Positions 12,083 to 22,254 of a DNA stretch of 64,000 bases are shown piece by piece. The position numbers and the translations under genes were made by a program. The stretch spans positions 132,833-196,832 of the forward strand of contig JAGQKV010000004.1 in assembly GCA_020429915.1 (NCBI GenBank). Direction: 5' to 3'. The notes under the pieces were generated by a model that saw nothing but the letters and a program-made list of their open reading frames with translations, was not told where the DNA came from and did no database searches. The DNA comes from Candidatus Omnitrophota bacterium. GTDB taxonomy: Bacteria; Omnitrophota; Gorgyraeia; Zapsychrales; Zapsychraceae. The number at the start of each line of letters is the position of its first letter. Within the stretch, counting starts at the first letter, position 1.

Positions 12083-12670
12083 CTAGACTTTTAACGCATA
12101 AATGGCCTCCAGGATACGCTGGGCCACGGCCGGATAGTCTTCTTCAGGCCGAAACGCGATGGGACGGCCGAATACGACCTTAACCTGATGGGATTTGAAC
12201 CATTTGGCACCCGGCGGCAAGGCTTTGTCCGAACCCTCGATACGGGCCGGAACAACCGGCAGACCGCTTTTACGGGTCAGGAAACCCACGCCCGGCTGGG
12301 GTTCCTTGGGACGTTCCGAATAGCCGCGGGTGCCTTCGGGAAAGAGGATCAGGGGCGTCCCCGCCTTCATGCGCCGTAAGGCCTCGCGCAATGCCCGAAA
12401 ATCGGATGTGCCCCGCTTGATGGGGATGGCGCCCACCTGGCGGAAAAACCAGTTCTTAGCCGGTGTATCGAACAGCTCCATCTTGGCCAGATAGTTAAAA
12501 CGCCGCCACTGGCAGGCCCCCAAGAGGAACGGATCGATATTACTGATATGGTTGCTGGCCAATATGAACGGCTGGCCGGTCGGAAGATTCTCCCGTCCGA
12601 CATAATTGGTGCGGCAGTAGAGCGCATCGAGCACCTTCACGCCGCAATAAGATGTCCAGTAGACGATCAT
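12083..12670 (-). CDS. plsC: 1-acyl-sn-glycerol-3-phosphate acyltransferase
   Basis: 195 aa with the acyltransferase HX4D motif (NHISNIDPF) and FPEGTR. Confidence 0.85.
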   Translation of the reverse strand: MIVYWTSYCGVKVLDALYCRTNYVGRENLPTGQPFILASNHISNIDPFLLGACQWRRFNYLAKMELFDTPAKNWFFRQVGAIPIKRGTSDFRALREALRRMKAGTPLILFPEGTRGYSERPKEPQPGVGFLTRKSGLPVVPARIEGSDKALPPGAKWFKSHQVKVVFGRPIAFRPEEDYPAVAQRILEAIYALKV

Positions 12671-12673
12671 GGA

Positions 12674-14098
12674 CTATTTTCCGCTGAGAAAGTCCTCTCC
12701 GAGGGCGATCAGGGCTTTGGCCTGCTTTAACGACTTGGCTTCGGCATAGGCCCGAACAAGCGGTTCGGTCCCCGAGGGGCGAAGCATTAACCAGCTTTCG
12801 TCCTCACAGATCAGTTTGACCCCGTCGTAATCCTTGACATCGACCACGCGATTATCCAGCAATGATTTCAACCCCTTGAATTTCGTCATATTCAACCGCC
12901 GCCCGCGCAGATCGAGATCGGAACGTTCATAGTAGTAACGTCCGAATTCCTTCTCCATATCGGTCAGCAGTTCCTTGATATTCTTGTTTTCATAGACCAT
13001 CATCTCCAGCAGCAACAGCCCGGCTAGGGTGCCGTCGCGTTCCGGGATGTAATCCTGGACCCCTATGCCGCCGGCTTCTTCCCCACCAGCGATGATCCGC
13101 TGGCTGACCATCAGATCCGAGATGTATTTGAACCCGACCGGCGTCTCATGGAGCTTTAGGTTCAGCTTCTTGGCGATATGATCGATCATGGTCGTGCCGC
13201 ACGTCGTTTTGACCACACCGCCCTGCCGGCCGCGGTTGCGCGCCAAATGCAGCACAATCAGACCGAGGATCTTTTGCGGGCTGATGTACTCTCCGCCCGG
13301 CGCCGCGGCCGCGATCCGGTCGGCGTCGCCATCCAGGACCAGACCCAGATCGTGTTTATTGGCACGCATCGTTTGGAGCAATTCCGGCAGATATTCGGCG
13401 ATCGGTTCGGGTTTGACTCCGCCGAAAGAAGGATTGTGCTCATTGTGCAGATAATCCACGCTGATACCTGTGCCTTTAACAACTTCCTGCAAAATATCAC
13501 GACCCGACCCGTACATGACGTCCTGGATAACCTTGAACTTGGATTTACGGATCCGTTTGAGATCGATGTAGTTCTTCATAAACTTGAGATACGCCAAATT
13601 GAAGTTGTGCAGGCGAATCTTGCCCTTGGCGCACGCCGCCTCGAAATCCATCGACTTGACCGGACTTTGGCCCAAAAGGCTTTCCACCACATTGGTGATA
13701 TTCTTACCGGCACCGCCGCCCTCGCGCGTTTTGATTTTGATGCCGTTAAACTGGGCCGGATTGTGGCTGGCCGTAATCATCAGTCCGCACACCCCCTTAA
13801 TGTCGACCACTCCGTAACTTAAGGATGGTGTCGGCAGGGCGCGGTCCGAAAGCAGCACGTCGATGTTATTCTTGGCCAGAATGCAACTGACGTGCCGAGC
13901 GAACTCCGGAGATAAAAAACGGGCATCATAACCCACCGCCACCTTTTTCGCACCGTCGATCGGCTTCACATGTTTCTTGATCCAATCGCTGATAGCTTGG
14001 GCGACTATGCCCACATTGGCAAATGTGAAGTCATCCGCGATGACTCCCCGCCAGCCGTCCGTTCCGAATTTGATTTGCTCACAGGCCGAATTCTTCAT
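12674..14098 (-). CDS. phosphoglucomutase/phosphomannomutase family phosphohexomutase
   Basis: 474 aa with FGTDGWRG, the active-site loop TASHNPAQFNGIK, and the metal-binding DGDADR motif. Confidence 0.85.
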   Translation of the reverse strand: MKNSACEQIKFGTDGWRGVIADDFTFANVGIVAQAISDWIKKHVKPIDGAKKVAVGYDARFLSPEFARHVSCILAKNNIDVLLSDRALPTPSLSYGVVDIKGVCGLMITASHNPAQFNGIKIKTREGGGAGKNITNVVESLLGQSPVKSMDFEAACAKGKIRLHNFNLAYLKFMKNYIDLKRIRKSKFKVIQDVMYGSGRDILQEVVKGTGISVDYLHNEHNPSFGGVKPEPIAEYLPELLQTMRANKHDLGLVLDGDADRIAAAAPGGEYISPQKILGLIVLHLARNRGRQGGVVKTTCGTTMIDHIAKKLNLKLHETPVGFKYISDLMVSQRIIAGGEEAGGIGVQDYIPERDGTLAGLLLLEMMVYENKNIKELLTDMEKEFGRYYYERSDLDLRGRRLNMTKFKGLKSLLDNRVVDVKDYDGVKLICEDESWLMLRPSGTEPLVRAYAEAKSLKQAKALIALGEDFLSGK

Positions 14099-14113
14099 AA
14101 TGAACCCTTCCGT

Positions 14114-14692
14114 TTACTGCGTTGATCGATATATCTTCTTTTTCCTAATGTACTCTTCAACAGCCTTGGGCAACAGAAATCCCACCGGCAGTCCCTTCGC
14201 GATCCGGGCCCTGATCATCGAAGAAGAAATGTCGAGAGCCGGCATTTTTATATGCCGACAGCTCTGTTCCGTCGCCGACGGCGGATTGCCGGGTCGGTTG
14301 ATGCACACAAAACTGACCATCTTGACCAACTCGTCGATCCTCTTCCACGTATGCAATTTTAGAGAGCTGTCGGTCCCGATAATGAAATACAGCTTGTCTT
14401 TGGCGTACTGCTTGCGGAATTCCTGTACCGTCTCAATGCTGTACGACTTGCCCTTGCGGCTAATCTCAATGTCACTGGCAACGAAATGATCGTAAGGCTG
14501 AATGGCCAATTCGACCATCTTCAAGCGCTTGGCCGGGGCCACCACGTTTTCAGGGGCTTTGTGAACAGGCAGTTTGGCCGGCACAAAGATCACTTTGGTG
14601 AGCCGCAGTTTTTCGAAGGCTGTTTGCGCCACGGCCAGATGGCCGTTATGGACAGGATTGAACGTTCCCCCGAGTATGCCGATGCGTTTCAC
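14114..14692 (-). CDS. nadD: nicotinate-nucleotide adenylyltransferase
   Basis: 192 aa with the GILGGTFNPVHNGH nucleotidyltransferase motif. 4-nt overlap with proA. Confidence 0.9.
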   Translation of the reverse strand: MKRIGILGGTFNPVHNGHLAVAQTAFEKLRLTKVIFVPAKLPVHKAPENVVAPAKRLKMVELAIQPYDHFVASDIEISRKGKSYSIETVQEFRKQYAKDKLYFIIGTDSSLKLHTWKRIDELVKMVSFVCINRPGNPPSATEQSCRHIKMPALDISSSMIRARIAKGLPVGFLLPKAVEEYIRKKKIYRSTQ

Positions 14693-15960
14693 AATCTGAT
14701 TTGTCCGTCTCCATGGATCTCGTACTTATACGTGGTTAACTCTTCGAGGGCCATCGGACCGCGGGCATGCAATTTGTCGGTACTGATACCCACCTCCGCC
14801 CCGAAACCGAATTCGTAGCCGTCCGTAAAACGGGTTGATGCATTGACGTAGACGCTTGAGGAATCAACGGCCGTGAGGAAGGCCTGCGCCTCCCGTTTGT
14901 CCCGTGTAACAATAGCGTCGGAATGCTTGGAACCATAGGTGTTGATGTGGTCAATCGCCTCGGCGGTATCCTTCACCACGCGAACCGCCAGGATCAAGTC
15001 CAGATACTCTGCGAACCAGTCGTCATCCGTGGCGCGTTTCACGCCATTCTTGAGGATTTGCCGGGTCTTGGCGTCACCGCGCAGTTCGACGCCGGCGTGG
15101 GTAAAGTCTTTGGCCATCGCCGGCAGGAATCTCGCCGCGATTTTCTCATGGACCAGCAGGGTCTCCATCGCATTACAGACCCCGGGGCGCTGAACCTTGG
15201 CATTGAAACATATATTCTGCGCCTGTTTCAAATCCGCCTTATCACTCACGTAGGTGTGGCATACCCCCTTGTAGTGCTTGACGACGGGAATGCTCGAATT
15301 CTCGGCCACAAAGCGGATCAGTCCCTCGCCGCCGCGCGGCACAATCAGGTCTACGTCCGCATCCTGCTTGAGCAGGATGTGGACAGCATCCCGGTCGGTT
15401 GAATCCACCTGCTGGATCGCTTCCTCCGGAACACCGGAATCCTTAAGGGCGTCACGCACCAGCCGGAAGATCGCGCGGTTGGAATAGTAAGCCTCCTTGC
15501 CGCCTTTAAGAATAACGGCATTGCCGGATTTCAGGCACAGTCCGATACAATCGCTGGTCACGTTCGGACGCGACTCGTAAATAATTCCAATCACACCGAT
15601 CGGAGCACGGACTTTTTTGATGAGCAGCCCGTTCGGCCGCCGGAAGGCCCGGATCACCTCTCCGACCGGGTCGGTGATCTTGACCGTATCCTGCAAACAC
15701 CGGACCATTCCGCGGATGCGCTTTTCGTCCAGCAAAAGCCGGTCAACGAGTGAGTCCGCATACTTGGCCTTCTTTGCCGCCCGCAGGTCTTTGCTGTTCT
15801 CCCTGATCAGGTACGCGGTATCGGCGGAAATCGCCTTGGCGACTTTACGCAACGCTGCATTCTTGACGGAAGTCTTCAGCAACGCCATTTCATAAGAGGC
15901 GCGCTTGGCCTTGGCCGTCATAGCCTTGATTTTCTTCTCCAGTGCGGTTTTGGCTGCCAT
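14689..15960 (-). CDS. proA: glutamate-5-semialdehyde dehydrogenase (gamma-glutamyl phosphate reductase)
   Basis: 423-aa aldehyde-dehydrogenase-fold protein directly downstream of proB. Confidence 0.9.
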   Translation of the reverse strand: MAAKTALEKKIKAMTAKAKRASYEMALLKTSVKNAALRKVAKAISADTAYLIRENSKDLRAAKKAKYADSLVDRLLLDEKRIRGMVRCLQDTVKITDPVGEVIRAFRRPNGLLIKKVRAPIGVIGIIYESRPNVTSDCIGLCLKSGNAVILKGGKEAYYSNRAIFRLVRDALKDSGVPEEAIQQVDSTDRDAVHILLKQDADVDLIVPRGGEGLIRFVAENSSIPVVKHYKGVCHTYVSDKADLKQAQNICFNAKVQRPGVCNAMETLLVHEKIAARFLPAMAKDFTHAGVELRGDAKTRQILKNGVKRATDDDWFAEYLDLILAVRVVKDTAEAIDHINTYGSKHSDAIVTRDKREAQAFLTAVDSSSVYVNASTRFTDGYEFGFGAEVGISTDKLHARGPMALEELTTYKYEIHGDGQIRL

Positions 15961-15979
15961 GTGTTTTCCTCACAGGAAC

Positions 15980-17068
15980 TCAGCGTTCGCTGAGGACCAA
16001 ATCATCGACGTGGATGACTTCTTCCCGCCCTTTCTTCTCGCCCGTCTCGTTCAGGTCCGTAATCGCATAATTGATGATCCCCCGGGCAATCTCGTGCTTT
16101 TCCATATCCTTAACCACCACCACATCACCCTTCTTGAAATGGCCCTGCCACTTATGGACACCGACCAAAAGCAGGCTGTTACCTCCTTTTAGCAAGGCTT
16201 TGCGGGCGCCGTCGTCCACGATAAGCTCCCCTTTGGGCTTGGCGCCAAATGAGATCCAGTGTTTGCGCGCCAGCAGCTTGTCTTCCTTCTCAACGAACAG
16301 CGTTCCGATGCGCTCGCCTTTAATCACCCTCAGCAATACGTCCTCGCTCTCACCGTGGGCGATAACGCAGGGGATCTTGGCATGGGAGGCAATCTTGACG
16401 GCTGCCAGCTTGGCGGACATGCCCCCCTTGGACATCTGCTTTTTGGTGGTGCCGCCCGCGATGCCTTCGATCTCACGGGTAATTTCCTTGATCTCGTCGA
16501 ATACCCGCTTTTGACCGCTGTTCAAATCATAAAGACCCTCGACATCGGACAGGATTAACAACAAATCCGCACCGATGAGACTGGCGACCAGGGCGGATAA
16601 CTTGTCGTTATCACCGAATTTGATCTCGTCTGTGGAAATGGTGTCATTCTCATTGACGACCGGTACGATGCCCATATCAAACATCGCATTGAACGTGTTG
16701 CGGGCATTATTATAGCGCACACGGTTGTCAAAATCATCCCACGTCAGCAGCAGCTGCGCGCACTTGGCCTTACAACTCTTGAAGAGCTGATTGTATTTGC
16801 GCATGAGGATGGTCTGCCCCACGGCGGATATGGCCTGCAACGAAGCCAGATCGCCGGGCCGGAACTTTTTGCTCAATTCGCCCATACCCAAAACAATGGC
16901 GCCGGAACTGACCAAAACCACATCGATGCCCTTGCTGCGGACCGCGGTGACTTGCTCCACCAACGAACGCAGCTGCGCCACGCGGGGCTTCATCTGATAG
17001 GTGGCGATAACGCTGGAACCGAGCTTAACCACCACTCGCTTTATTTTTCGGGGGAACTTTCTGAGCAT
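15980..17068 (-). CDS. proB: glutamate 5-kinase
   Basis: 362 aa with an amino-acid-kinase domain (RVVVKLGSSVI…) plus a C-terminal PUA domain. Overlaps the obg 3' end by 28 nt. Confidence 0.9.
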   Translation of the reverse strand: MLRKFPRKIKRVVVKLGSSVIATYQMKPRVAQLRSLVEQVTAVRSKGIDVVLVSSGAIVLGMGELSKKFRPGDLASLQAISAVGQTILMRKYNQLFKSCKAKCAQLLLTWDDFDNRVRYNNARNTFNAMFDMGIVPVVNENDTISTDEIKFGDNDKLSALVASLIGADLLLILSDVEGLYDLNSGQKRVFDEIKEITREIEGIAGGTTKKQMSKGGMSAKLAAVKIASHAKIPCVIAHGESEDVLLRVIKGERIGTLFVEKEDKLLARKHWISFGAKPKGELIVDDGARKALLKGGNSLLLVGVHKWQGHFKKGDVVVVKDMEKHEIARGIINYAITDLNETGEKKGREEVIHVDDLVLSER

Positions 17069-18021
17069 AATGCCTTTACCAGTTCATCGACGAGGTCGTC
17101 TACGCCTTCCCGGGACGCAGCAGAAATCGGCAGGATCTCCCCGGGATACCTTTTCCGGAAGCGGTCTAGATTTTCGGCCGCGCCAGCCAGATCCATCTTA
17201 TTTGCCGCGACAATCCGGTGCTTGACGGACAGACGTTCACCGTAGGCCTCAATTTCGTGAAGTATCTTGGCGTAGTCGTCCAGCGGATCCCGGCACTCGG
17301 TCCCTGCCATGTCGATGACATGTACCAGGATTTTGGTCCGTTCGGCGTGTTTAAGAAACCGGTCGCCTAGCCCCTTTCCCTTATGCGCTCCTTCGATAAT
17401 TCCGGGCAAATCCGCTACCACAAAGTCGAAGTCGTCGGCTTGCACGAAACCCAAAATCGGCTGCTTGGTCGTAAAGGGATAATTGGCAATCTTGGATTTA
17501 ACTTTGGAAATCGAGGATATGAGAGTGGACTTGCCTGCGTTAGGAAAACCGATGAAACCGACATCGGCAATGAGCTTGAGTTCCAGGGCCAGCACGCGTT
17601 CTTCGCCCTTGTGGGGCGGCACGGTGAACTTTCTTCGGGCATTTCCGATCCCGCCGGCGCCGCCCTTGGCGACAATCACGGTTTGCTGGTCCTTAGTCAG
17701 ATCCTTGATCAACAAACGCGTCTCGTTGTCCCGAACGAGGGTCCCGACGGGGACCCGCAAAACACAATCTTTGCCGGTACGGCCGTTTTTCCCCTTGCTG
17801 CTGCCGTGCCCCCCTTTATCCGCCTTGTAATGTTGCTTATACCGGAAATCCAGCAAGGTGTGAATACGCTTGTCGGCGAGCAGGACAATGTTGCCGCCGT
17901 TACCGCCGTCTCCACCGTCCGGACGGGGATGCCGCATACGTTTGTCGCGATAATGGCTTTCGCATCCGTTGCCGCCGTCACCCGCCTTAACGAATATCCT
18001 GGCCTCATCGACAAATATCAT
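17041..18021 (-). CDS. obg: GTPase Obg/CgtA
   Basis: 326 aa with the Obg glycine-rich N-terminal fold (DEARIFVKAGDGGNGCESHYRDK…GGDGGNGGN) and a GTPase domain (GFIGFPNAGKSTLIS). Confidence 0.93.
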   Translation of the reverse strand: MIFVDEARIFVKAGDGGNGCESHYRDKRMRHPRPDGGDGGNGGNIVLLADKRIHTLLDFRYKQHYKADKGGHGSSKGKNGRTGKDCVLRVPVGTLVRDNETRLLIKDLTKDQQTVIVAKGGAGGIGNARRKFTVPPHKGEERVLALELKLIADVGFIGFPNAGKSTLISSISKVKSKIANYPFTTKQPILGFVQADDFDFVVADLPGIIEGAHKGKGLGDRFLKHAERTKILVHVIDMAGTECRDPLDDYAKILHEIEAYGERLSVKHRIVAANKMDLAGAAENLDRFRKRYPGEILPISAASREGVDDLVDELVKALCSESSPEK

Positions 18022-18033
18022 AAAGCATCACGC

Positions 18034-18345
18034 TTACGCCGTGATCTTCTCGATGCTAAGGGCGGTAAGCTGTTGGCGATGACCGATTTTGGAAGCGGAA
18101 TCCTTCCGGTTACGGTACTTGAAGGCCGTAACTTTATCGTCGAGGACATGACTCACCACTTTGGCCTGGACCTTGACTTCCTTCAGAAATGGCTTGCCGA
18201 TACGGATGTCGGCTCCCTTGGCGAACACCAGAACTTTGTCCAACGTCACACTCTTGCCTTCCTCGTCCGTCATCCGATCCGCCGCAATGAGGTCGCCTTC
18301 CGAAACTTTGAACTGATCTGACCCGATTTGAACTACCGCAAACAT
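18034..18345 (-). CDS. rplU: 50S ribosomal protein L21
   Basis: 103 aa, MFAVVQIGSDQFKVSEGDLI…, canonical bL21. Confidence 0.93.
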   Translation of the reverse strand: MFAVVQIGSDQFKVSEGDLIAADRMTDEEGKSVTLDKVLVFAKGADIRIGKPFLKEVKVQAKVVSHVLDDKVTAFKYRNRKDSASKIGHRQQLTALSIEKITA

Positions 18346-18452
18346 ATAAAACTCCTCCTATGGACGTTTGAGCTGATATCTCTGGAATCGTGATTAAACG
18401 AGCCTATAATTTAATGCAACCGCCAAATTATTGCAACAAAAATCTTTACGGC

Positions 18453-19847
18453 TCACGAAGCGAATTTGACACGTCCGCGACCGTCGCAATACGGGCAATT
18501 CTTAAAGGAAATCGATTCGATGGTTTTGCCGGTCCGCGCACGGGTCATCTCCACCAAGCCCAGCGGGGATATCTTGTAGACTTCGGTCTTCGCGTGATCA
18601 CGCGCCAAGCACTTCTGTAAGTTCTCCAACACCTTACGTTTATGATCGTCACGCACCATATCGATAAAATCGATGACGATAATGCCGCCCAGATCCCGCA
18701 GGCGCAACTGCCGGGCGATCTCGGGCGCAACCTCCATATTGACCATAAACGCCGCTTCGCCGGGCGATGCACGCGTCTTAAACTTGCCGCTGTTGACGTC
18801 CACCACGATTAACCCTTCGGTGGGCTCGATGACAATATAAGCCCCGGATTTGACATACACGTGCGTGTCGTAGATCCTGTTTAATTCCTTTGAAACTTTC
18901 CTGGCTTCAAATAAGGGAACGGAACCCGTATAGTGTTCGATCTTGCTGACCATTGAGCGTCCGATCAGCGTCTGCACAAACCGACGAATGCGCTGATAAT
19001 GATCGTCATCGTCGATGACCAGCTTGTCCACATTATCGGTGAGATAATCCCGTACGATCTTCCAGGTAAGCTCTCCCTCTTCGTAAATGAGGGACGGCGC
19101 CTTGTCTTCCTCGGCCTTCTTGTGAATCTTTTGCCACAGTCCGTACAAAAACCGGGCGTCACGATTGAGTTCCCGCTTCCCTTGTTTTAGGGACGCCGTG
19201 CGGATGATAAATCCGCCGGTCTTGGCGAAGCTGAATCCCTTGATAACTTCACGCAACCGGGAGCGTTCATCTGAACTCTCGATCTTGCGGGACACCCCGG
19301 TCTGCTCGTCAAACGGCATATAGACCACGAACCGGCCGGGCAAGGTGATATGCGTGGTCAGCCGGGCTCCCTTCTCTCCGAAAGGATCCTTGACGACCTG
19401 CACCATGATTTCCTGACCGACCTTTAGCGGGAGTTCCTTGTTCTTGCCGTGGACACTACGGTTGGAACGGGACGATCGGGACTTGAGGGCTTTGACGGGC
19501 TTGGCCGGCGGCTTAACCTGCTTCTTGGGCCTGCCAAGTATTTTGTCGATGATACTGCGCGGCTCGAGCTCCTGTTCATCGTCGATGCGCGGACTAACCA
19601 CGTCGGTGAGATACAAAAAGCCGTTTCTTTCCTGGCCGATGTTGACGAACGCCGCATTGATGGAGGGCAGAATGGATTCCACCCTTCCTTTGTATATATT
19701 TCCCAGTAACGATTGGTACCGGTCAACCTCAATGTGAAAATCGTCAACTACACCATTGTCGATGATGGCTACCAGCTGCTCGCCGCGCTGGGTTTGAATG
19801 AGTATTTCTCGCGACAACTTTGAACCTGAAATCCTTTCTTCATGCAC
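18453..19847 (-). CDS. rng: ribonuclease E/G family (RNase G-like)
   Basis: 464 aa with an N-terminal S1 domain followed by the RNase E/G catalytic core. No long C-terminal scaffold, so it is G-type in size. Confidence 0.85.
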   Translation of the reverse strand: MHEERISGSKLSREILIQTQRGEQLVAIIDNGVVDDFHIEVDRYQSLLGNIYKGRVESILPSINAAFVNIGQERNGFLYLTDVVSPRIDDEQELEPRSIIDKILGRPKKQVKPPAKPVKALKSRSSRSNRSVHGKNKELPLKVGQEIMVQVVKDPFGEKGARLTTHITLPGRFVVYMPFDEQTGVSRKIESSDERSRLREVIKGFSFAKTGGFIIRTASLKQGKRELNRDARFLYGLWQKIHKKAEEDKAPSLIYEEGELTWKIVRDYLTDNVDKLVIDDDDHYQRIRRFVQTLIGRSMVSKIEHYTGSVPLFEARKVSKELNRIYDTHVYVKSGAYIVIEPTEGLIVVDVNSGKFKTRASPGEAAFMVNMEVAPEIARQLRLRDLGGIIVIDFIDMVRDDHKRKVLENLQKCLARDHAKTEVYKISPLGLVEMTRARTGKTIESISFKNCPYCDGRGRVKFAS

Positions 19848-19930
19848 TAAACCTTCGGGAGTCGCGTCAGCGACCGAATACAGTTCTTCGTCATGAGTAA
19901 AATTCTGACCCCCGCCACAACTCCTGAAGG

Positions 19931-21280
19931 TTATTTAGACGCGATATCAGGCGTGACGATATGAGGCGTAATAAAGATAATCAAATCGGTCTTGGTAACG
20001 GACTCTTCCGTCTTGGTAAATGCCAACCCGACAATCGGGATATCGCCCAAGATCGGCGTCTTTTTCTTCGTTTCCGTTACTTGATCGGTGATCAAACCGG
20101 CGATCACTAACGTATCCCCATCCTTGATCAAGACCCGCGTTGTGGTCGACTCATTACTCAACCGCGGCAACGTAGTGTTCTCAACCGTCACAAAGTCAAG
20201 AATGGCAGTGATTTTCGGTTCGACCTCCAGCGTGATGTATCCCGCATTGTTCACCTGCGGGGTCACATCGAAGATAATACCGATATCCTTGTATTCCCAA
20301 CCGGATACCTGCAAACGGGCTTGTTCCTCGTTGTAGGTGTATGTCGGGATCGGATACTGGCTCCCGACCGTGATTTGAGCCGGCTGATTGTCCAAGGTCA
20401 CAATTCTCGGATTCTGTAATATATCAGTATCACTGCGAGATTTCAAGAGTTCAAATACGGCTTGCACCTGGCTGAAGTTTAGGGTTCCGTATGAAAACTC
20501 GGTGTTGGCGTTGCCTTCCGCGGTATCCGGGCCCGGGAACGGGTCGGTCGCAAATCGGTTGGATGAACCGTTACTGTCGAACGGCCAGGTGATCGGGCGT
20601 TGCGAACCGGCAACGGAGGCCTGTGTCACCCAGTCGATCCCCAAGTTCTCCGTATCGGTGAAGTTGGTTTCGACGATCTTGGCTTCAATCAGAACTTGCG
20701 GAGTCGTGCGGTCCAAATCCTCGATAACGCCAGCCATCAATTCAACCTGTTCGGGGGTGTCGGTAACGATAATAGAATTAGTCCGTTCGTCGTAATTAAT
20801 ATTACCCCGGTCAGATTTCATCTTTTCCAACGATTCGATAATTTCGGAGGCGCGCGCGAAGTTCAGAATAAACGTTTGCGTTTGCAACGGGACCTGTTCG
20901 GACAGGACCATCGCGTCCTCACGGCGTTGCTTGAGGTTTTCTACCGTAGTGACCGTGATGATATTGCCCTTTTGTTCATACGCGAATCCGTAAGTCTGGA
21001 CAATAACCTCCAAGGCCTGTTTCCATGGCACGTCATTCAGTTGAATGGTGACCACCCCTTGAACTTCCGGGCTGGCAACAATATTGACCCCGCTCTTGAA
21101 AGACAGGATCTTGAACACATTACGGATATCGGCGTCGCGGAAGTCAAAGCTGACATTCCCGCCTTCCGTAATGGATACGGATTCGGCGGATATATTCGGC
21201 GCCGTCGAACCGGACTGCGCGTATCCTGCCGAGGCCGTAAACACCAAGGCCACAATTGTTAATAACGTTCGCTTCAGCAT
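19931..21280 (-). CDS. pilQ: type IV pilus secretin PilQ (short form)
   Basis: 449 aa with a signal peptide and a C-terminal secretin domain (…LIKDGDTLVIAGLI…TPILGDIPIVGLAFTK…TDLIIFITPHIV). Last gene of the pilMNOPQ operon. Confidence 0.85.
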   Translation of the reverse strand: MLKRTLLTIVALVFTASAGYAQSGSTAPNISAESVSITEGGNVSFDFRDADIRNVFKILSFKSGVNIVASPEVQGVVTIQLNDVPWKQALEVIVQTYGFAYEQKGNIITVTTVENLKQRREDAMVLSEQVPLQTQTFILNFARASEIIESLEKMKSDRGNINYDERTNSIIVTDTPEQVELMAGVIEDLDRTTPQVLIEAKIVETNFTDTENLGIDWVTQASVAGSQRPITWPFDSNGSSNRFATDPFPGPDTAEGNANTEFSYGTLNFSQVQAVFELLKSRSDTDILQNPRIVTLDNQPAQITVGSQYPIPTYTYNEEQARLQVSGWEYKDIGIIFDVTPQVNNAGYITLEVEPKITAILDFVTVENTTLPRLSNESTTTRVLIKDGDTLVIAGLITDQVTETKKKTPILGDIPIVGLAFTKTEESVTKTDLIIFITPHIVTPDIASK

Positions 21281-21281
21281 G

Positions 21282-21668
21282 CTATTCCTCCTTTTTGAGT
21301 CTTAATTTGAAGACTTGTTGATCTTTTTGTAACAGGACCCAGTCATCGGTTATATCTGTGATGACGAACTGACCGATCTTATCGTTTTTGCGGACGACCT
21401 TACCGTTAATCATGGCAATGTTTCCGGCGGATCCGGACATGATCCCCTGCAACTCCAAATCGGTTACCATCAAGTCCGTTTCATAGGTCACGATGGTTCC
21501 CGTGGAATTAATCAGCTTCCAAAAGGGGTCACGCCGGCCGTTATCGTCATACTTGTAACCCGGCTTGTCGTCGGCGATTGCGAGGCAGTGTCCGAAGCAA
21601 ACGAGCACCCCGGCCAGTCCCAGAATCCTGATTGTATAAGGCAGTTTGTTCATTCTATTTGATTTCAT
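21282..21668 (-). CDS. pilP: pilus assembly lipoprotein PilP-like
   Basis: 128 aa with a signal/lipobox-like N-terminus and the conserved RDPF motif. Located between pilO and pilQ. Confidence 0.7.
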   Translation of the reverse strand: MKSNRMNKLPYTIRILGLAGVLVCFGHCLAIADDKPGYKYDDNGRRDPFWKLINSTGTIVTYETDLMVTDLELQGIMSGSAGNIAMINGKVVRKNDKIGQFVITDITDDWVLLQKDQQVFKLRLKKEE

Positions 21669-22254
21669 CGTAAACCAGCGCGTCGAAGGTAACCTTGATG
21701 GAAAGGTCCTTTCGCCCTTCGATACCGGCTATGGTTAACTCTCCAACTTTCAAGAAGATGGAGCCTTGCTCTATCGCATTAACAAATCTGCCCAAATCGT
21801 GATACCCCGCTCTGGCCTCGATATCGATAGGCAGATCATAGTAGATCCGCTCATCGTTCTCCAAAACGATTTCCGAATCAATGACGTTGGGCATAATTTG
21901 ATTGATTTTAACTTTGTATTCACCTGCCACGCGGGATATGTGCTCCAGAATCAACGGAACCTCATCTCTTAGTTCCACCTTTTTGTTTTCCAGAGCGATA
22001 TCGGCGGTGAGTTTGGTGACTTGACTCTGATACTGTGCGAGCCGCTGGATATTATTGCGCGCTTTACCGATATCTTCACCGAGGATCTTGATCTCCGGAT
22101 TTATTTTGGACAGGGTTTTCAGCTGCGGGGCCATCAAAAGAAAATAATCGAGCAGAAAGACGGCCAGCAGGCCCACTCCGAGTATCAGGTAGAACACTTT
22201 CGCGTCCATACCTTCAAAGGTCCCGCCGATGGTTTCCTTCATACTACTCTTCAT
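21655..22254 (-). CDS. pilO: type IV pilus assembly protein PilO
   Basis: 199 aa with a single TM, a coiled coil, and a periplasmic domain. Operon position. Confidence 0.75.
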   Translation of the reverse strand: MKSSMKETIGGTFEGMDAKVFYLILGVGLLAVFLLDYFLLMAPQLKTLSKINPEIKILGEDIGKARNNIQRLAQYQSQVTKLTADIALENKKVELRDEVPLILEHISRVAGEYKVKINQIMPNVIDSEIVLENDERIYYDLPIDIEARAGYHDLGRFVNAIEQGSIFLKVGELTIAGIEGRKDLSIKVTFDALVYDEIK

